Source of the DNA: Emiliania huxleyi CCMP1516
Taxonomy: Eukaryota
DNA length: 64,000 bases
Assembly (NCBI RefSeq): GCF_000372725.1
Contig: NW_005201493.1
Location: forward strand, 76,830 to 140,829
Direction of reading: 5' to 3'
In this document: positions 23,647-35,846 of the stretch, piece by piece
Position numbering within the stretch: position 1 is the stretch's first letter
Layout: every line of letters begins with the position of its first letter
Notes under the pieces: model-generated
Database searches by the model: none
Seen by the model: only the letters and a program-made list of their open reading frames with translations
Told to the model about the DNA's origin: nothing
Program-made: the position numbers and the translations under genes

Positions 23647-24402
23647 CACACAGTTTGGGCCTGCCCGCGCCCGAGCCTGGAGGAGCCCGAAAGAATTTAA
23701 AGGCGGCCTCACAGCAGACAGGCCCGAAAAGATCCCTTGGGTTGTCTGTTTTCTTTCTTTCTTTTAGGCCCGAAAAGAATTCCCGCGGGGCATGCCGGAG
23801 TGCAGTGCATCCTTTACTCACTCACAGGCCAGGGCCCACGCGAATACAGTAACGCGTCTAACGGGGCGCCGCCCTCTCAGCGGCGCAGCGCTGGCCGCTG
23901 CGCCGTGCGCGAGAGCCGTCGCGGTGGCGCGGAGACGAGAGCTCACGAGACGAGAGACGCGGACTAGACGAGCGACGGACGCCTCGACGGCGGGGGCGGC
24001 GAGGCACGCGGCGGCGCGACGGCAGGAGCGCGGCGCGCGGAGAGACGAGGCGAGAGCGGTGCGCAGTGCCCCGGAAGGGCCGACGAGAGTCCGCCGAGGC
24101 TGGGCCGAGATCGGAGATCGCCGGCCCCTAGGGGGGGGGGAGCAGCGCACGGGGGTGCCGGGAGGGGGAGAGGCAGCATGCGGGGAGTGGGGAGAAGCGA
24201 GAGACCTTCGGCGCGGGGGGGGGCGAGAGCGCGCGAAGGTGCGAGCGAGTGCGACGCAGGTTCGAGCGAGGCGCGACAGCGGCGGCCGACCGTCGCTGCC
24301 CGAGGCGCCAAAGGATGCGGCGGCGCTCCCGACGGCGGCGGCGCCAGCGGAGGAGGGAGGGAGGGGGGCGGCGCCCATCCGCGCCCCCCCCCTGCGGCGC
24401 GC

Positions 24403-25359
24403 TCAGTCGCGGTCGTCGTCCGAGCCCTTGTCCTTGTCCCTCTTCTTGTCCTTCTTCTTGTCCTTCTTCTTCTCGTAGTACGAGTCCGAGTCCGAGTCGC
24501 CGCGCCGGTCGTCCTCCTCCTCCTTGCGCGACGACTTTTTGTCCTTCTTCGAGCTCTTGCGGTCGCGCGAGTCGGAGCGGTCCTTCTTGCTCTTGCGCTC
24601 CCGCGACTCGGACTCGTCCGAGTAGTCGCGCCGCTTGCTCGACTTCTTCTTGGACCGCCGGCGCGAGCCCGAGTCCGAGTCGTCGTCATAACGCGACGAG
24701 CGGCGGTCCCGGTCGCGCCGCCGGTCGCGAGAGCGAGAGCGCGACGGAGAGCGCCGATCGCGCCGCGGGGAGGGCGAGCGCCGACCGCCGCCGCCACCGT
24801 AGCCGCCACCGTAGCCGCCGCCGCCGCCGTAGCCGCCCTCCCGCCCCCCCGAGGGCCCCGCCTGCCGCCCGCCCTGGTTGCGCGCCATCTCAATCTTGAC
24901 GCGGCCGAGCCGGCCTGCGTGCGCAGGCGCACAGATGGGGTCGGGAAGCGGCGCGCGGGGGGTGGGGGCCGCGCTGCGCGCTGGGGTCGCGGAGCCGCAC
25001 CGTTCCCGCCCGAGAGGTCGTTCATCATGTCTTGCGCATCGCGGTCGTCCTCAAAGGTGATGAACGCAAAGCCGGGCGGGTTGCGCGCGACCCAGACGTC
25101 GACGAGCTTGCCGAAGCGACCCACCTCGTCCGTGATCTCCTCCTTGGAGATGCTCGGGTCAAGGTTCCCCAGGTAGACGCGCTGCACCTGCGCCGCGTCG
25201 GTGCGATGCTGTGGCGGCGGCGCCGCGGCGCAGAGCGGGCGGCGCTGTCGGGTCGGCCGATGTGACGCGCCCGGGGCGCGCAGGGGGGCGGGCGCGGTCG
25301 GCGGCGTTATGGCTGTTGGGGGGCGGGCGCGGCGGCGGGGGCGGGGCCCGGGGCACCAT
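24403..25359 (-). CDS. SR-family splicing factor (SRSF3/7, RSZ-like RRM + RS/K-rich tail), multi-exon
   Basis: RVYLGNLD..ISKEEI..E.GRFGKLVDVWVARNPPGFAFITFEDDRDAQD RRM, followed by GGYGG and RSPSPRRDRRSPSRSRSRDR. Confidence 0.88.
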
Positions 25360-25739
25360 GGTGATGGGCGATGCGTCCGCGTTTTTCTTTCTTTTGCAAA
25401 CGAGGTGGAGGTCCCTCCGACCGGGAGAAAGAAATTGTAGCTGTACTCATCGACGCCCACGGCTGCACACGACTGTGGGTGTGCCGCTGCCCCGCCCACG
25501 CACGGAGACCGCGGAGAGGTCCAGCGCCGCACGTCAGCCGTGATCACACCCTTCTCCCACGACACGGCTCGGCTGAGCCTCTTGGCGTGCCCACGCGCAC
25601 GTACACAAGCGCACTGCGTGTACTCTCCAGTGGGCCGAGAAAGATGGGAGGGGGGAGTGGAGGCCTTCCTCACCCGGCCACACCACCACGCCCAGGCGAC
25701 AAGGCAAAGATCGGTGCACGGGTGTGAGCAGACACACAC

Positions 25740-28066
25740 ATGAGCCCCTCGTGGCTTGTCCTCGCTGCGGCTGCCGTGGCCGTGCGGCTCGCGCCCGCCC
25801 CGAGCCCGGCCAGCGCCGTCGCACGCGCCGCGGCGTCGCGCCCTCGCTCCGCGCTGGTGGCCCAGGTCTCCTCGGCTGCGCTCCTCAAGCAGTCCGAGGT
25901 GCTCGAGCTGCTGAGCGAGGCTGCAGACCCGCAGCTCGCTCCGCCGGGCACCGCGGCGGCCGGCGCCACCGACAGTCCGCCCGACATCGTCTCGCTCGGG
26001 CTGGTGCGCGCGGTGCGCATCGGCGACGACAGCGCCTCCGTCACCGTCCAGGTCGAGCTGCCGCGAGAGGCGGCGGAGGCGGGCGCCGAGGGGCGCCTCC
26101 GAGAGGTGTGCACGCAGCTGCTGCGGGAGGGACTGCCGTGGGCGGCGGAGGTGGAGCTCCGCTTTGACATCGCGCCGCCGCCGCCGCCTCCCCCGCCGCC
26201 ACCGCCGCCGCCGCCGCAGCTCGGCGATCGTGCCGACGCGGCGGACGACGCGGCGGACGCCATTCGCGAGATGCGGAGCGAGTCTGGCGCCGAGGCGGGC
26301 GTGGGGTCGGTGGGCAAGATCGTGGCTGTGGCGAGCTGCAAGGGCGGGGTGGGCAAGTCGACGACGGCGGTCAACCTCGCCTGCGCCCTCGCCGCCGCGG
26401 GGCGGAGGGTCGGCCTCGTCGACGTCGACGTGCACGGGCCCAGCCTGCCGACCATGGTACGGGCGGAGGGGGAGCTGCAGGCGCGAGAAGTAGAGCTAGC
26501 CGAGAGGTGGGCGGGAGGGCCGGGAGGTGGGCGGGAGGTGGGCGGGAGGTGGGCGGGAGGTGGGCGGGAGGTGGGGCGAGGTGACGAGTTGTCTCTTGGA
26601 TCGCCTGCTGCAGGTCGACGGGGAGCTGCTGGTGCCGCTCGAGGCACACGGGCTGAAGCTCATGTCGATGGGCTTCATCAACCCGGGGGCGCTGCCGCTG
26701 CGCGGCGCAAAGGTGACTCCGATCGTGCAGCAGCTGATTGGGCGCACGGCTTGGGGCGAGCTCGACTATCTGATCGTCGACATGCCGCCCGGCACCGGCG
26801 ATGTGCAGCTGACGCTCAGCCAGGACTTTGAGGTGAGCGCGGCGGTGCTGGTGACGACGCCGCAGCGGCTCTCGTTTGTGGACGTGGTCAAGGGGGTGGA
26901 GATGTTTGACAAGGTGTGGCAGCGGCGCCGCGGCCCTCTCCTTCCCCTCTCCCTCTCCACACGCCCAAGACTGCTCCCTCTCCTCACGAGCGGAGCCAAG
27001 AGGAGAGGCGTCAGAGGGCCTCAGAGGGCGTCAGAGGGCCTCGCCCCTCCGCACACGCTCCCGCACACACGTCGGCCTCCCCACCGTAGCTCCCGCGCAC
27101 AGGTCGGCATCCCCACAGTGGCTGTGATGGAGAACATGGCGGGCTTGCGCCTCGACGCGGCGAGCGAGCGGCTCGAGGCGATCGGCGCAGCGCACAGCCT
27201 GCCGCCAGCCGCCATGCGGGAGCTGCGCGAGCTGCTTCGCGAAGAGCAGCCCGTCTTTGGCGAGATCCAGCCGAGATCCAGCCGAGATCCAGCCGAGATC
27301 CAGCCGAGATCCAGCCGAGAGCGAGTCGAGATCCAGCGAAGAGCAGCCTGTCAGTCGCGCGCCGCTGCCGCGTTTGCGAGCGAGGAGTGGCGCGGGCGGC
27401 GCCGCGACGCTGAGACGACCGTCTGCAGGCGCGTCGCATGTGCAGCGGCTGCGCGACATGTGGGGCATCAACGCGTCCTTCTCGCTGCCGCTGCTGCCCG
27501 AGCTCGCGCGCGCCGCGGACGCGGGCGTGCCCTCCTTCGTCTCCCAGCCCGAGGGCGAGGCGGCGGGCGTGTACCGCCAGCTCGCCGCCGCGCTGGAGGG
27601 CGAGCTCGAGCGGCTCGACGCGGCGCCGCGGCCAGAGATCCTAGAAGCGGAACACGTATTCATGTCTCCCAACCAGCGCCCGAGAGGACACGTATTCCGC
27701 TGTACTCGGCCGTACTCCGCTGTATTCACTGTCTTCCTCTCCGTTGTATTCACGCGGTGCTCTGAGTACGCTGCACAATACCGCCTTCCCGCCCTGATGT
27801 TGGTGTATTCAGCGCGTAGGCCAGAGATCCTCTACTTGCCTGTCGAGCGGCGGATCGTCATCGCGCTCGCCGACGGCACGCAGCAGTCAATCACGCCGCT
27901 CGAGCTGCGCCGTCTCTGCCGCTCGCCGGCCAACCGGCCCGACGCGCTGCCCGCCGACGTTGAGCCCCTCGATTTTGTGCCGACGGGCAACTATGCCGTG
28001 TCGGTCCGCTGGTCGGACGGCCACCAGTCGCTGCTGCCGTACGCCTCGTTCGTGCGCGGCGTGTGA
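25740..28066 (+). CDS. HCF101: Plastid Fe-S cluster scaffold HCF101 (DUF59 + Mrp/NBP35 P-loop + DUF971), multi-exon
   Basis: Signal peptide; DIVSLGLV (DUF59); VASCKGGVGKSTTAVNLA; WGELDYLIVDMPPGTGDVQLTL; VTTPQRLSFVDV.KG; C-terminal PTGNYAVSVRWSDGHQSL (DUF971). Confidence 0.92.
27641..27819 (+). mobile_element. Introner-like TIR element forming intron 27631-27819 of HCF101
   Basis: 10-bp duplication GCCAGAGATC (27631-40 and 27820-29). The element starts with CTAG and ends with CGTAG, and is homologous along its length to 54946-55130 (minus strand). Confidence 0.85.
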
Positions 28067-28137
28067 GCTGAGCGGTGTGTCTGTATGACCACCCCGACCG
28101 AACACCGGGGAAAGAAAAAAGACTGCGGTACACTCAA

Positions 28138-28204
28138 CTTGGAGCACTTGGAGTGCAGTTAGTAACCTCACATCCAGGACCGGGGAGCTAAGAAGCGCAC
28201 CCAG
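28138..28204 (-). mobile_element. SINE-like repeat, copy 2
   Basis: Reverse complement of the 4828-4900 core, with 2 tail units. Confidence 0.8.
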
Positions 28205-28889
28205 TTTGCCGGACGAAAATACGCTTTTCTCAAAGGAGCAAAACGGCGCGCGGCGAGAGACAAGTAGACACGAGTGGGCACCCGGTTCTGTGCGCACCCG
28301 GGCGCTGCTGCGTTTTGGGCACCTCCACTGCATGGGCTGCTGCGGTCTCGCGCCAAAGAGGACGAAGTATCGAACTATAATCAGACCGACAGCAAGCAGC
28401 CGTCTGGCAAGCCCGTGCTAGAGCCCAGCTTCTCAGACCTACCTTCGGTTCCGACGACGACTGTACCGACGTCTACTGCCGAAATGACGATGCTGTTTCC
28501 TGACGCGCCAACTTCTCCGATACGCAGAGACTTCTCACCACCACACTTCCCAAGCGTCCCGGTAAACACTGCGGATTGTGAAGTTCCGGCCTTCCCAGCG
28601 GCTCCTTCGACGCCGGTGTTAGTAGCCAGCACATAGTTTACGTGACGGCTGCAGGGTGTAAGGCATGAGGGGGTGTGCCGGGCGGCTCGGCGTCTCACAC
28701 GCGCGCAATTCACTGAGGCGTGAGAGGGAGGAGACCGCCCCGTCACACCGCGGGGAGACATTTTTCGATTTCACACACACGTCTCGGACCGTAACTCATC
28801 ACAAATCAATTATAAAAAACTGCCGCATCAACCGCGCGCCACAGACAGCCTCGACATCGGGACCGGGTGCGGTTTGCGTGGCGCGCGCC

Positions 28890-31354
28890 TCAATCGTCGT
28901 CGCCAAAGACAATCTTCGTGGCCGCCTTCATCGGCTGGCCCTCCTTTGGCCCAAAGGCGCCGTATAGCTTGTGCTCCTTCTTCTTTACCGTCGAGCCGAA
29001 CTTGGTGAGGGCGTCGGGCACCGGCTGTGACGCCTCGCGCAATATGTTTTGCAGCGCGCCGGCGTGCGCCTTGTCAAAGGAGGTGAAGAAGGTGTGCGCG
29101 TGGCCGGTGCGTCCGCCGCGGCCGGTGCGGCCGATGCGGTGGACGTAGTCCTCGATGGTGAGTGGGAAGGTGTAGTTGATGACCACCTCCACCAGAGGGA
29201 TGTCAAGCCCGCGCGCCGCCACGTCGGTCGCGACGAGCAGCGGCACCTTGCCACTCTTGAACTGCTCGAGCGAGGCGGTGCGCGCCGCCTGGGACATGTC
29301 GCCCTGGATGCAGACGCACTGGAGGCCGGCGGAGCGGAGCATCGACTGCGGTGGCGTGGAGCGGCGGGGCGAAGTGAGGCAGGCTGGTGTGCGCGCGAGG
29401 TAGGTTATTTTTAGGCAGGGGGGCTGGAGGGCGGGGGAGAGGCGGAGGCGCGGTTAGGCGCGGTTTGGCTTGCGGCAGGAGAGAGGGAGAGCATGTGAGA
29501 GAGGGAGAGAGGGGGGGGGAGGAAGGGAGGGGGAGGGGCCTCAGATCCGCAGCTCTGCATGTGCTCCACATTCGTCTCTCTCGGTAGGAATCACGAACGA
29601 TTTGCAGACTCATCCTCGGCCGTGTGTGCGCGGTGCTGCCGCTGCAGGCGGGGGGGTTTGGGGGGGCTTTGCAGCTTTGTGTGCTCACCGCCTCTGGCCA
29701 GGTGGCGGTGAACATGACGGTGCGGCGGGAGGCTGGCGTGGCGCCGATGATGGTGCGGACGTCCTTCTCGAAGCCCATGTCGAGCATCCGGTCCGCCTGC
29801 TCACACCTCCTGCTGTGAACAGCGTCTCTTCACACCTCCTGCTGTGAACACGTCGAGCATTCGGTCCGCCCGGAGGGGACAGGGGGGCGACGGGGTGGGG
29901 TGGGGTGGGGTAAGGGGGGTGGGGAGGCGAGCAGCGGGCAGCGGCAGCGGGCGGCGGGGCGGCGGGGCGTCTGGTGTGATCTCGCCGCCATTTAAAACCG
30001 ACGGCGGGGGGGCGGTGAGCCCGCGCGGCGGCAGTTATTGGCGGGCGGTGCTGTGCGCGCCCTAGTCACCGCAAACCGCACGGGGGGGGCGGCAGGCGGT
30101 GCTTGAGGGCGCGAGGGCGGTGCTTGAGAGGGAGGGGGCCAGCCTCTCTCGGCCTCTCTCGGCCTCTCTCGGCCTCTCTCGGCCTCTCTCGGCCGGGTCT
30201 CGTCTCGGCCTCGCCTCCAGGACGAGGTGTTCCCCATATCTCCCCATCTCTCCCCATCTCTCCCCATCTCTCGGCCTCGCCTCGTCCAGCACGAGGTACT
30301 CGAGCCGAGACAGGTCGACCGCTCCGTCGTTCTGGTACAGGTCGAGCAGCCGGCCGGGCGTGGCGATCACCACCTGCGCACCCCGCTTGAGCGCGCCGGT
30401 CTGCGGGCCCTTTGGCACGCCGCCGTAGATGCACACCTGCGACGGGCGGCGTGAGCGGCGTCGGCAGCGGCGCCCACACGCCCCAGGCCGGCGGCGGAGG
30501 GAGGAAGGGAGCGGCTGCCGAGGAGTGGGGCGGGCGAGGGGTCTGCCGGGGGTCTGCGCGGTCCGCCGCCTCTCCGGTGGGCCGCGGCGCACCGAGGCGA
30601 TGCCGCACGCCTTGCCCGCGGCGGCGCACACCTCCTCCGTCTGCATGGCGAGCTCGCGCGTCGGTTCAAGACACAGCATCCGCACGGAGGGCGCGCCGCC
30701 GCCGCCAGCCTTGCCCGCCGCCGCCTGCAGCAGGCTGACCGCAGGGAGGAAGAAGGCGAGCGTCTTTCCGGACCCCGTCTCGGCGACGCCGACCACGTCG
30801 CGGCCTGCGGCGATCACGGGCCAGCACACCGCCTGAATAGGCGTCGGCCGCTCGAACTTTGCGACCGCCGCGAGCGCGTCCGCCCCAAAGCCCGAGTCGG
30901 CAAAGCCGGCGAGCGGGCGAAAGGCGTCGGCGCCGCGGCCGGTGAGGGCGACGCTGTTCTGCTCGCAGTACGCCGCCGCCGCCGCCGCGTCCATCATGCG
31001 CACGGCTCCCGCGCCGCCACTGCTGCTGCCGGCCGCCGCCTTGCCGCCTGCCGCCGCCGCCTTCTTGGCCTTCTTGGCCGACGGCTCGGGCGCGGCCTTG
31101 TCACCCTTCCGCTTGGCCGCGGCGGACGCCTGCGCCGGAGCGGGCGCCGCCCCGGCGAGCGAAACCGTGCCGTCCGCCGCCGTCGCAAAGAGCGGGAGCG
31201 CAAGCTTCGCCTCGAACACCTTGGTGGCCTTCTTCTCGCTCTTGCCCGCGTCGACGAGCTGGCCAACCACGAGGGTGCGCAGCGCGTCGAGATCCTTCGG
31301 CCCGCGTTTCAAGGCCTTGCGGATCAGCTTCTTTGCGTTGGGCTCGTCCGGCAT
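28890..31354 (-). CDS. DEAD-box RNA helicase (Dbp3/RH5-like), multi-exon
   Basis: Q motif (FERPTPIQ), [46 protein letters not shown] and [12 protein letters not shown]. The C-terminus ([11 protein letters not shown]...KIVFGDDD) is typical of Dbp3. Confidence 0.92.
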
Positions 31355-31430
31355 CACGCAAGCAAGCGCTGTGGGGCGTTGTGGAGCGTGGCGCGTAGCC
31401 AGCTCTGCCAGCAAAATAACGCAGCGCGCG

Positions 31431-31497
31431 CTGGGTGCGCTTCTCAGCTCCCCGGCCCTGGAGAGGTTACTGACTGCACTCCAAGTGCTCCAAGTGC
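31431..31497 (+). mobile_element. SINE-like repeat, copy 3
   Basis: CTGGGTGCGCTTCTCAGCTCCCCGGCCCTGG...TGCACTCCAAGTGCTCCAAGTGC. Confidence 0.8.
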
Positions 31498-31801
31498 CCC
31501 TGACGACGCGGGCGCCGATGCGGTGGGAGGCCATTGGAAGATCGCAGCGATTTTCTTTGTTCACAGCCTTGTTATGAGAAGAGACACAGACTTTGTTTTT
31601 GAGAATTTTAATATTCCTGGCGCCGATGCGGTGGATCCGGAGGATTCGCACGCAAGGGTTGTGCGGAACTGTCAGCGGCGGCTATATGGCAGGGGCCGCA
31701 AAGGCAGCGGCCAGGATCGCCGGCCGCGCCGCGCGCGCAGCCGTGCAGCCGCTGCACTAACCGGCCTCCCGTGTGGAAAACGTCTGATCACTTGAGGACA
31801 A

Positions 31802-34182
31802 TTAGGCGAGATGGACTCGGCCGCTCTCTACGGTGCGGCGCCACCCTCGCGCCAGAGCGCGTACGTAGCGAACGTCCCAGGGGAAGCAGTAGAGCTGCAT
31901 CACCGCGAAGTAGTGCGCTATGAACGAGCCGCGCTCGCAGAACCGTCCTTGTGCGATCGTGTAACTAGATTTGGACCGGAATCTGCCGCTACGCAGCAGC
32001 GCTGCGTGCCGTTTCGCCTCGAGCGCCTCGAGGAGCGCCAGCTGGCTCGCGATGCCAAATCGGTTGAGCGCCAGGTTTACTTGACAGCCCTGGCCGGCAT
32101 GAGGGAGCGCGTCTGCAATGGCCCTTGCGCCCTCGTCGCCGACGTCGCACAGGTTAAGGCATAAGGCGAGTTTTCGTGGCAAGTCACCGGTCGTGAGCGC
32201 AGCAGCGACAGCCGCAGCTCCATCGTCGCCGATGGGCATCAGCGGAAAGAGGAGTCCCTTCAGCCTCGGCGCCACGCCGCGGCCGAAGACGTCGCAGAGG
32301 GAGGCGATACCGCGCGCACCAAAGTAGTTTCCTGCGAAGTTCAAAATCTCGAGCGCTGGGAGGGCCCCTGGCTTGAGACCTGCCGCCAGCTCTGCGACGC
32401 CGTCATCATCAAGGCGCGTGCCGACCACCATTAAGCTCCGGAGGCGCGCGCAGTAGTTGAGCGCCTCCGCCAGTCTCGCCGGCGAGCACCACTTGTCCCC
32501 TCGCACAAGCGGGAGACCCATGTACTCGATCTCCTCGATGGTCCCAAGCACGGCGTTTGCCGTCCTCTCGTACAAAGAGATTACTCGAGACACGTCTGCT
32601 CCGTCGGTGAAGTGGCAACGGGAGAGCAGCGTCGCCATGCGCTCCGGCGTCGTGGGAAGCCGCCGCTGCGCACCGCCCCCCTCGTCCGCCACGTCAATCA
32701 CGAGCTTCCACGTCGCGGAGTGCAGAGAAAAGCACTTGGCGAGCTCGGCGGAGCAGCGCTCAAACGTAGTCCACCCGCGCGTGTGGTAGCTCCGCGTCGC
32801 GTCAAAGCCGGCCGGCAGCTCGTCGGGTAGCTGCGTGAGGAGCACGACCGTGATGGCAGAGTGCGCGTACCAGAGGTCCATCGTGCTGTTGAGCATGCGA
32901 TCAAAGGCCGCCTTTTCCTCCCTGGACCGGCTCTCCTCATACGCGCGCCGCTCGGACACCATCCGCTCGCCCCCGTCGCCGCCCGCCTCTCGGATTTCGT
33001 CCTCGCCCCTCGCGTACAGTGCTCTATCCGCCATCCATGCTCTCCACAGCGCCGGATCCTTCTGGTGCCCGGAGGCCCAGTCGATGAAGACACCCTGCGC
33101 GAGCCAGGAAGGGAGTAGCGGCGAGAAGAAGGAGTGGCTGTGGGCAGGGGCAGGAGGCAGCTCACCATGTCGGTGAAGCCGTAATCGCGGCAGGCGGCGA
33201 GCAGGCCTCGCCCGCCGTGGAGGCTCTGCAGCTTGCGGCAGAGCAGCTGCAGCTGGTGGCCCTCCCGATCTGGATGCGCCGCCTCGAGCCAGCAGTACGA
33301 GATCGAGATGATCGGGAGTAGTCCGTCTGGGTTGCGCTTGCGGCGGACGACGCTCGTGAGGGTTGACAAGATGGACGAGATGCCGCCCCCCAGGCCCAAT
33401 TCAGTGAAAGCGGTGATCAGTCCAAAGATGTTTAGCCTGCGCTTCGCCCCACCCTCAATCTCCTTGAGCCGAGCGACATCGAGGAAGGCCTCCTCGGGAA
33501 CAGACTGCCGCCGCGGTAGCGCCTCGCCCTTGTCGGCGTGCTCCACCAACCATCTAAGGCTGAGCAGCCGTACGTCGCCCGGAAGCACTTTCTGCCCGTC
33601 TCCCTCGAGCGCCTCCCACACCGAAGCGTGGCCGCGGTAACGGTCGCCTTCGCTTGACTCCGGCCTCCTACCCGAGTAGGTGGGGCGGATGGGCCGACGC
33701 GCGCGAGCGCGAGCAGCCGACGACGCGGCTGAGGCACCCAGCCCCCCGCGCGAGTGAGCGCAGGCGGGAGCCTCTGCATCGGGCTGTGGGTTCCATGGTA
33801 GCGCTACGGGGGCTCTGAGAAGCGAATAAGCGAGTAGAGCCACCGGCTGCAGGACTATGTGCTCGAGCAAGTGTGTGCCGACAGCGATCACTGCTAACGC
33901 AATGTCAACGAGCACGGCCAGGAGCTTGACGCAGGGTGACCAGTCGACGCGAAGCCAGGTGCGGGCGTGGCTAGAGCAGGCGAGACCAAGCAGTACGATT
34001 GGAGACACGACCAAGGCGAAGATTGCTGGTGCAAGCACGATACTGAGAACGCCCGCAAGTATCGCCCCGACCAGGTTGGAGGCACGAGCCGGTGTGGAGC
34101 AACATCCGACGCCAAGCGCCGGCGAGATCGGCCGCACTGCCGCATGAGGCGGCCGAGGCGAAGGCGGCTGCTGCTGCGCCAT
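31802..34182 (-). CDS. TM + HET(TIR-like)-domain + RNI-type LRR protein (intron 33095-33165)
   Basis: N-terminal hydrophobic helices; ISISYCW..HPD, VFIDWAS, MDLWYAH and YHTRGWTTFE resemble HET-domain motifs; C-terminal LRRs (LDDDGVAELA, FGARGIASL, IGDDGAAAVA, VGDEGARAIA). Confidence 0.75.
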
Positions 34183-35846
34183 CGGCCGACGAGGACCTGA
34201 TCGCTTCTCCTTTCAGGATGTCGAGCGTGTCTCATCTCCTACCACTCCTAGGCGCCCAAGTTTTTTTTTCGACGACGAACACAGAGGCACAGTGCGCACC
34301 CCGCCCCGTTCGCAGGGCGTGCATCACACAGGTGGACTGTGTGACTCCTCGGGGTTTCTGGGGACTCTTGTGTGCTAATAATAAATAGAGCAGTTATATC
34401 TTGTGTGCTAGGTCACTGGAGATCACCGCGGGTTTCTTTCGTCTCCTCTTCGCGGCAGAGTGGCTTGACGTTGGTGTGGTTCCGCTGCCGCTGTTGGCCG
34501 CTTTGTGTATCTCGAGACCTCGAGAGAAGGCCGCCCGCAGGCCCAAGTCAAGAATTGGCTTTCTTTTGGCGGGCAACTGCCGCTGCTTGCCGCGCCGGCA
34601 GCGGTCGCCTGCAGCATGGAAGACGAGGGTTCGCTCGACGACCTGCTGACCGCTTGTGGCGACATCGATGACGAGCCAGAGGACGTTCCTCCGCCGCGGG
34701 TATTTTCAGTGTTTTTTGCTCTACTAGCAGGCTGGCTCGCTAGTCGCTCGCCGGGCCCGCGCAGCACGCGCGGGCCTATTTTTGCGGTTGATAAGGTGGC
34801 ACCTTCGACATTGCGTTTCTTTTCTTTATAGGCTGTGTGTGTGTGTGTGTGTGACTCACACTTTATAGGCTGTCCTCTATTTAGGATTCCTAAGCTTAAA
34901 GGCCCGCTAAACGCGCGAGGCGGTGGCGGCGGTGGGGGGGATTGACAGGGGAGGCGGCGGGATTGACAGGGGATGGGGCGGCCACGAGCGGAGCGGCGGC
35001 GAGAGGGGGGGCGGCGGCGAGGCGCCAACGAGCGAGGAGCCCGCGCCATCAGAGGGACGCGCCGCTGCGAGATGGAGGGCGGCGGTGACGGAGGCAAGGC
35101 GCGAGGCGGCGGCGGCGGCGGCGGCGGCGAGAACGGCGGCACCGAGTTGTCTCGGTGAGCGGAGCGGCGGCAGGAGGAGGAGCAGCTCGCTGTTGAGCGC
35201 TTTTGAGCCTGGGAGCCCATGTCACTGCGACCGGCGTGCCCGGGAACAGAGATCGCGCGCGCGCCGCCACTCACGACGCGCACGCGATCTTCGCGGAGTC
35301 GGGTCCCCAGAGGGAAGCGGTCTTCTCAACCGACGTCCAGCGGCGCGGAAGGACAGGCGCAGCGGTGCACCGCGCCGCGTTGATTCGCGACCACCGTCGG
35401 CCGCGGACGGCGGCGGCGTGGCGGCCGCGGGCGCTCGTGAGACGCGCCGCTCTGCGCTGGTTCGGTTCGTTCGACTCGTTGTGCCGCCACACGCCCGGCG
35501 GCCGCGGGTCCCAGAAGTGGTTGCGCGGGCCTCTTCCTGGCGGCCGCGGGACGGCGTCGGGCACGTCGTCGGTCGCAACAGATGCGTGGCGAGCCGTGGC
35601 ACGTCGTTGCTGGCGCTGGTGGTTTGAGGTCGGCATCGTCCAGAGCAAGGTGGACGAGTCGAGAGCTTCAGCTGGCCGAGGGTGCCACCTTTGTGCTCTT
35701 TGTGCACGAAATGGGAAATATATCTCTTTGATTTTTAGACCGGTGGCTGCTGCGCGCGTTCGCAGGCTACGGGTCCTCCAACCCAGCATATCGGTGGCTC
35801 TTTTTACTCTCTAGCCTCTCGCCGCCGCCGCCTCCTTGGACTCGCC

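Noticed and set aside
23964..26435. 823-aa ORF and similar long Arg/Pro/Ala-rich ORFs (for example 98-1420, 18190-19671, 52037-53404, 61358-62725)
   Set aside because: These are shadow/antisense frames of real genes or elements in very GC-rich DNA, with no domain signal apart from the embedded SR exon.
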